Shown: one piece after another, positions 63,087-64,000 of the stretch
Layout: every line of letters starts with the position of its first letter
Numbering within the stretch: the first letter of the stretch is position 1
DNA from: Minisyncoccota bacterium
GTDB lineage: Bacteria > Patescibacteriota > Minisyncoccia > Phycocordibacterales > JAQTLZ01
Assembly: GCA_028711065.1 (NCBI GenBank)
Contig: JAQTSY010000002.1
Span: 73,779-137,778, forward strand
Reading direction: 5' to 3'
Length of the DNA: 64,000 bases
Notes under the pieces: model-generated
Seen by the model: the letters and a program-made list of their open reading frames with translations, nothing else
What the model was told of the DNA's origin: nothing
Databases searched by the model: none
Position numbers and translations under genes: made by a program

Positions 63087-63593
63087 ATGAATAAGAAAAA
63101 AGGTTTTACGTTGATCGAACTTCTCGTGGTCATTGCTATCATCGGTATTCTTTCCGCGATAGTTTTGGCGTCTCTTGGTACTGCAAGAAGCAAAGCAAAA
63201 GATGCTTCGATCCAAGGTTCTCTTTCTAGTACTCGTGCTCAAGCTGAATTATATTACTCAACCTACGGCAACTATGGTACAGGATACGCTGCAGGTACTG
63301 GTCTGGTCGCAGCTGGCGTTGATATGACCCCAACAGCGTCCTGTGCTACGACAAATGCTGCTGCCACAAGTATGTTTGGTACTGCTGCTTCAAGTAATGG
63401 ATTGGATGGTTTGATAAAGGCAATGTGTACTGCGGGCGCAACAAACATCATGGGCTCGGTTGACGCTGCGACAGCAACGAAATGGGCTATGTCAGCTAAA
63501 GGCGCATCCGGCAGTAGCTGGTTCTGTGTTGATAGCGGTGGCGTTTCGAAATCCTATACAAGCGCTCCGACTTTGGCTACCGCTTGTCCGTAA
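63087..63593 (+). CDS. pilA: type IV pilin (major pilin candidate)
   Basis: Class III signal with the N-methylation motif [25 protein letters not shown]. The terminator at 63619-63648 follows. Confidence 0.9.
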   Translation: MNKKKGFTLIELLVVIAIIGILSAIVLASLGTARSKAKDASIQGSLSSTRAQAELYYSTYGNYGTGYAAGTGLVAAGVDMTPTASCATTNAAATSMFGTAASSNGLDGLIKAMCTAGATNIMGSVDAATATKWAMSAKGASGSSWFCVDSGGVSKSYTSAPTLATACP

Positions 63594-63725
63594 TCTCAAA
63601 TCGTACAAGAAGTTTTTCAAAAACACCGCTTTGGCGGTGTTTTTGTTATCAACATCTCCGCTCTGGTCTGTTTTCATTTTGGATTCTATACTAACGGTAG
63701 TATTTTCTCCCAAACAATGTTTTAT

Positions 63726-64000
63726 ATGAAAAAGAAAGGTTTTACACTCATCGAACTCTTGGTCGTTATTGCAATCATTGGCATCTTATCTGCTATTGTT
63801 CTCGCATCTCTTTCATTGGCAAAGTCGAAGGCGAAGGATGCAACTATACAGGGGCAGATAAGCGATATGCGCGCTGCAGCAGAGATATATTTCGGATGGA
63901 ATGGAAATAGTTACAATACATCCGGTTTGGCCGTTGCCGATTGTGCGAGCGGTATGTTTGTGGATACGTCTGCGTCATCGAACATTGCCGGTCTTATCAC
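63726..64000 (+). CDS. second type IV pilin paralogue, 3'-truncated at window end
   Basis: [29 protein letters not shown]. There is no stop before the window edge. Confidence 0.85.
   Translation, partial: MKKKGFTLIELLVVIAIIGILSAIVLASLSLAKSKAKDATIQGQISDMRAAAEIYFGWNGNSYNTSGLAVADCASGMFVDTSASSNIAGLI

Noticed and set aside
1-64000. CRISPR arrays and rRNA genes
   Set aside because: I saw no regularly spaced short direct repeats with unique spacers and no rRNA-like conserved segments. The repeats found are inverted-repeat pairs, heptamer arrays or tandem coding repeats.

Overview
The window is AT-rich (~40-45% GC), compact, and shows CPR/Patescibacteria-like gene content. Positions 1-17 kb hold tuf and a near-complete S10-spc ribosomal-protein cluster (rpsJ, rplC, rplD, rplW, rplB, rpsS, rplV, rpsC, rplP, rpmC, rpsQ, rplN, rplX, rplE, rpsZ, rpsH, rplF, rplR, rpsE, rplO, secY, adk, map). 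The cluster has no rpmD (L30) and is broken by two inserted small membrane-protein genes, each followed by a near-identical sigma70-type promoter and leader. After map, the usual infA-rpmJ-rpsM-rpsK-rpsD-rpoA-rplQ block is replaced by a 920-aa VirD4/TraD-like ATPase and ndk. Positions 21-34 kb hold a zur-zupT-yibE/F operon, a beta-CASP RNase, and an rplT-rpmI ... infC operon split by a diversity-generating retroelement (target gene with VR, TR, avd, RT), followed by cardiolipin synthase, a histidine kinase and a secreted protein. The TR/VR mismatches in that DGR are adenine-specific. Positions 34-39 kb and 46-54 kb are two integration hotspots sharing one unusual architecture: tmRNA (with smpB) or tRNA-Ser 3' end, a ~115-120-bp inverted repeat, a large serine recombinase, the inverted copy of that repeat, a second 155-229-bp inverted repeat, an XRE regulator, cargo genes, and the distal copy of the second repeat. 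The repeat families of the two loci are homologous. Also present are ftsH, recG, mscL, comF, tRNA-Ile(UAU), an odd class-II tRNA-like gene, and a type IV pilus cluster (pilM, pilN, pilO, pilB, a response regulator, pilT, pilC, and two pilins, the last truncated at the window end). Several repeat families, large palindromes and a ~650-nt GC-rich noncoding region between secY and adk are not explained by the gene annotation. I found no CRISPR array and no rRNA.
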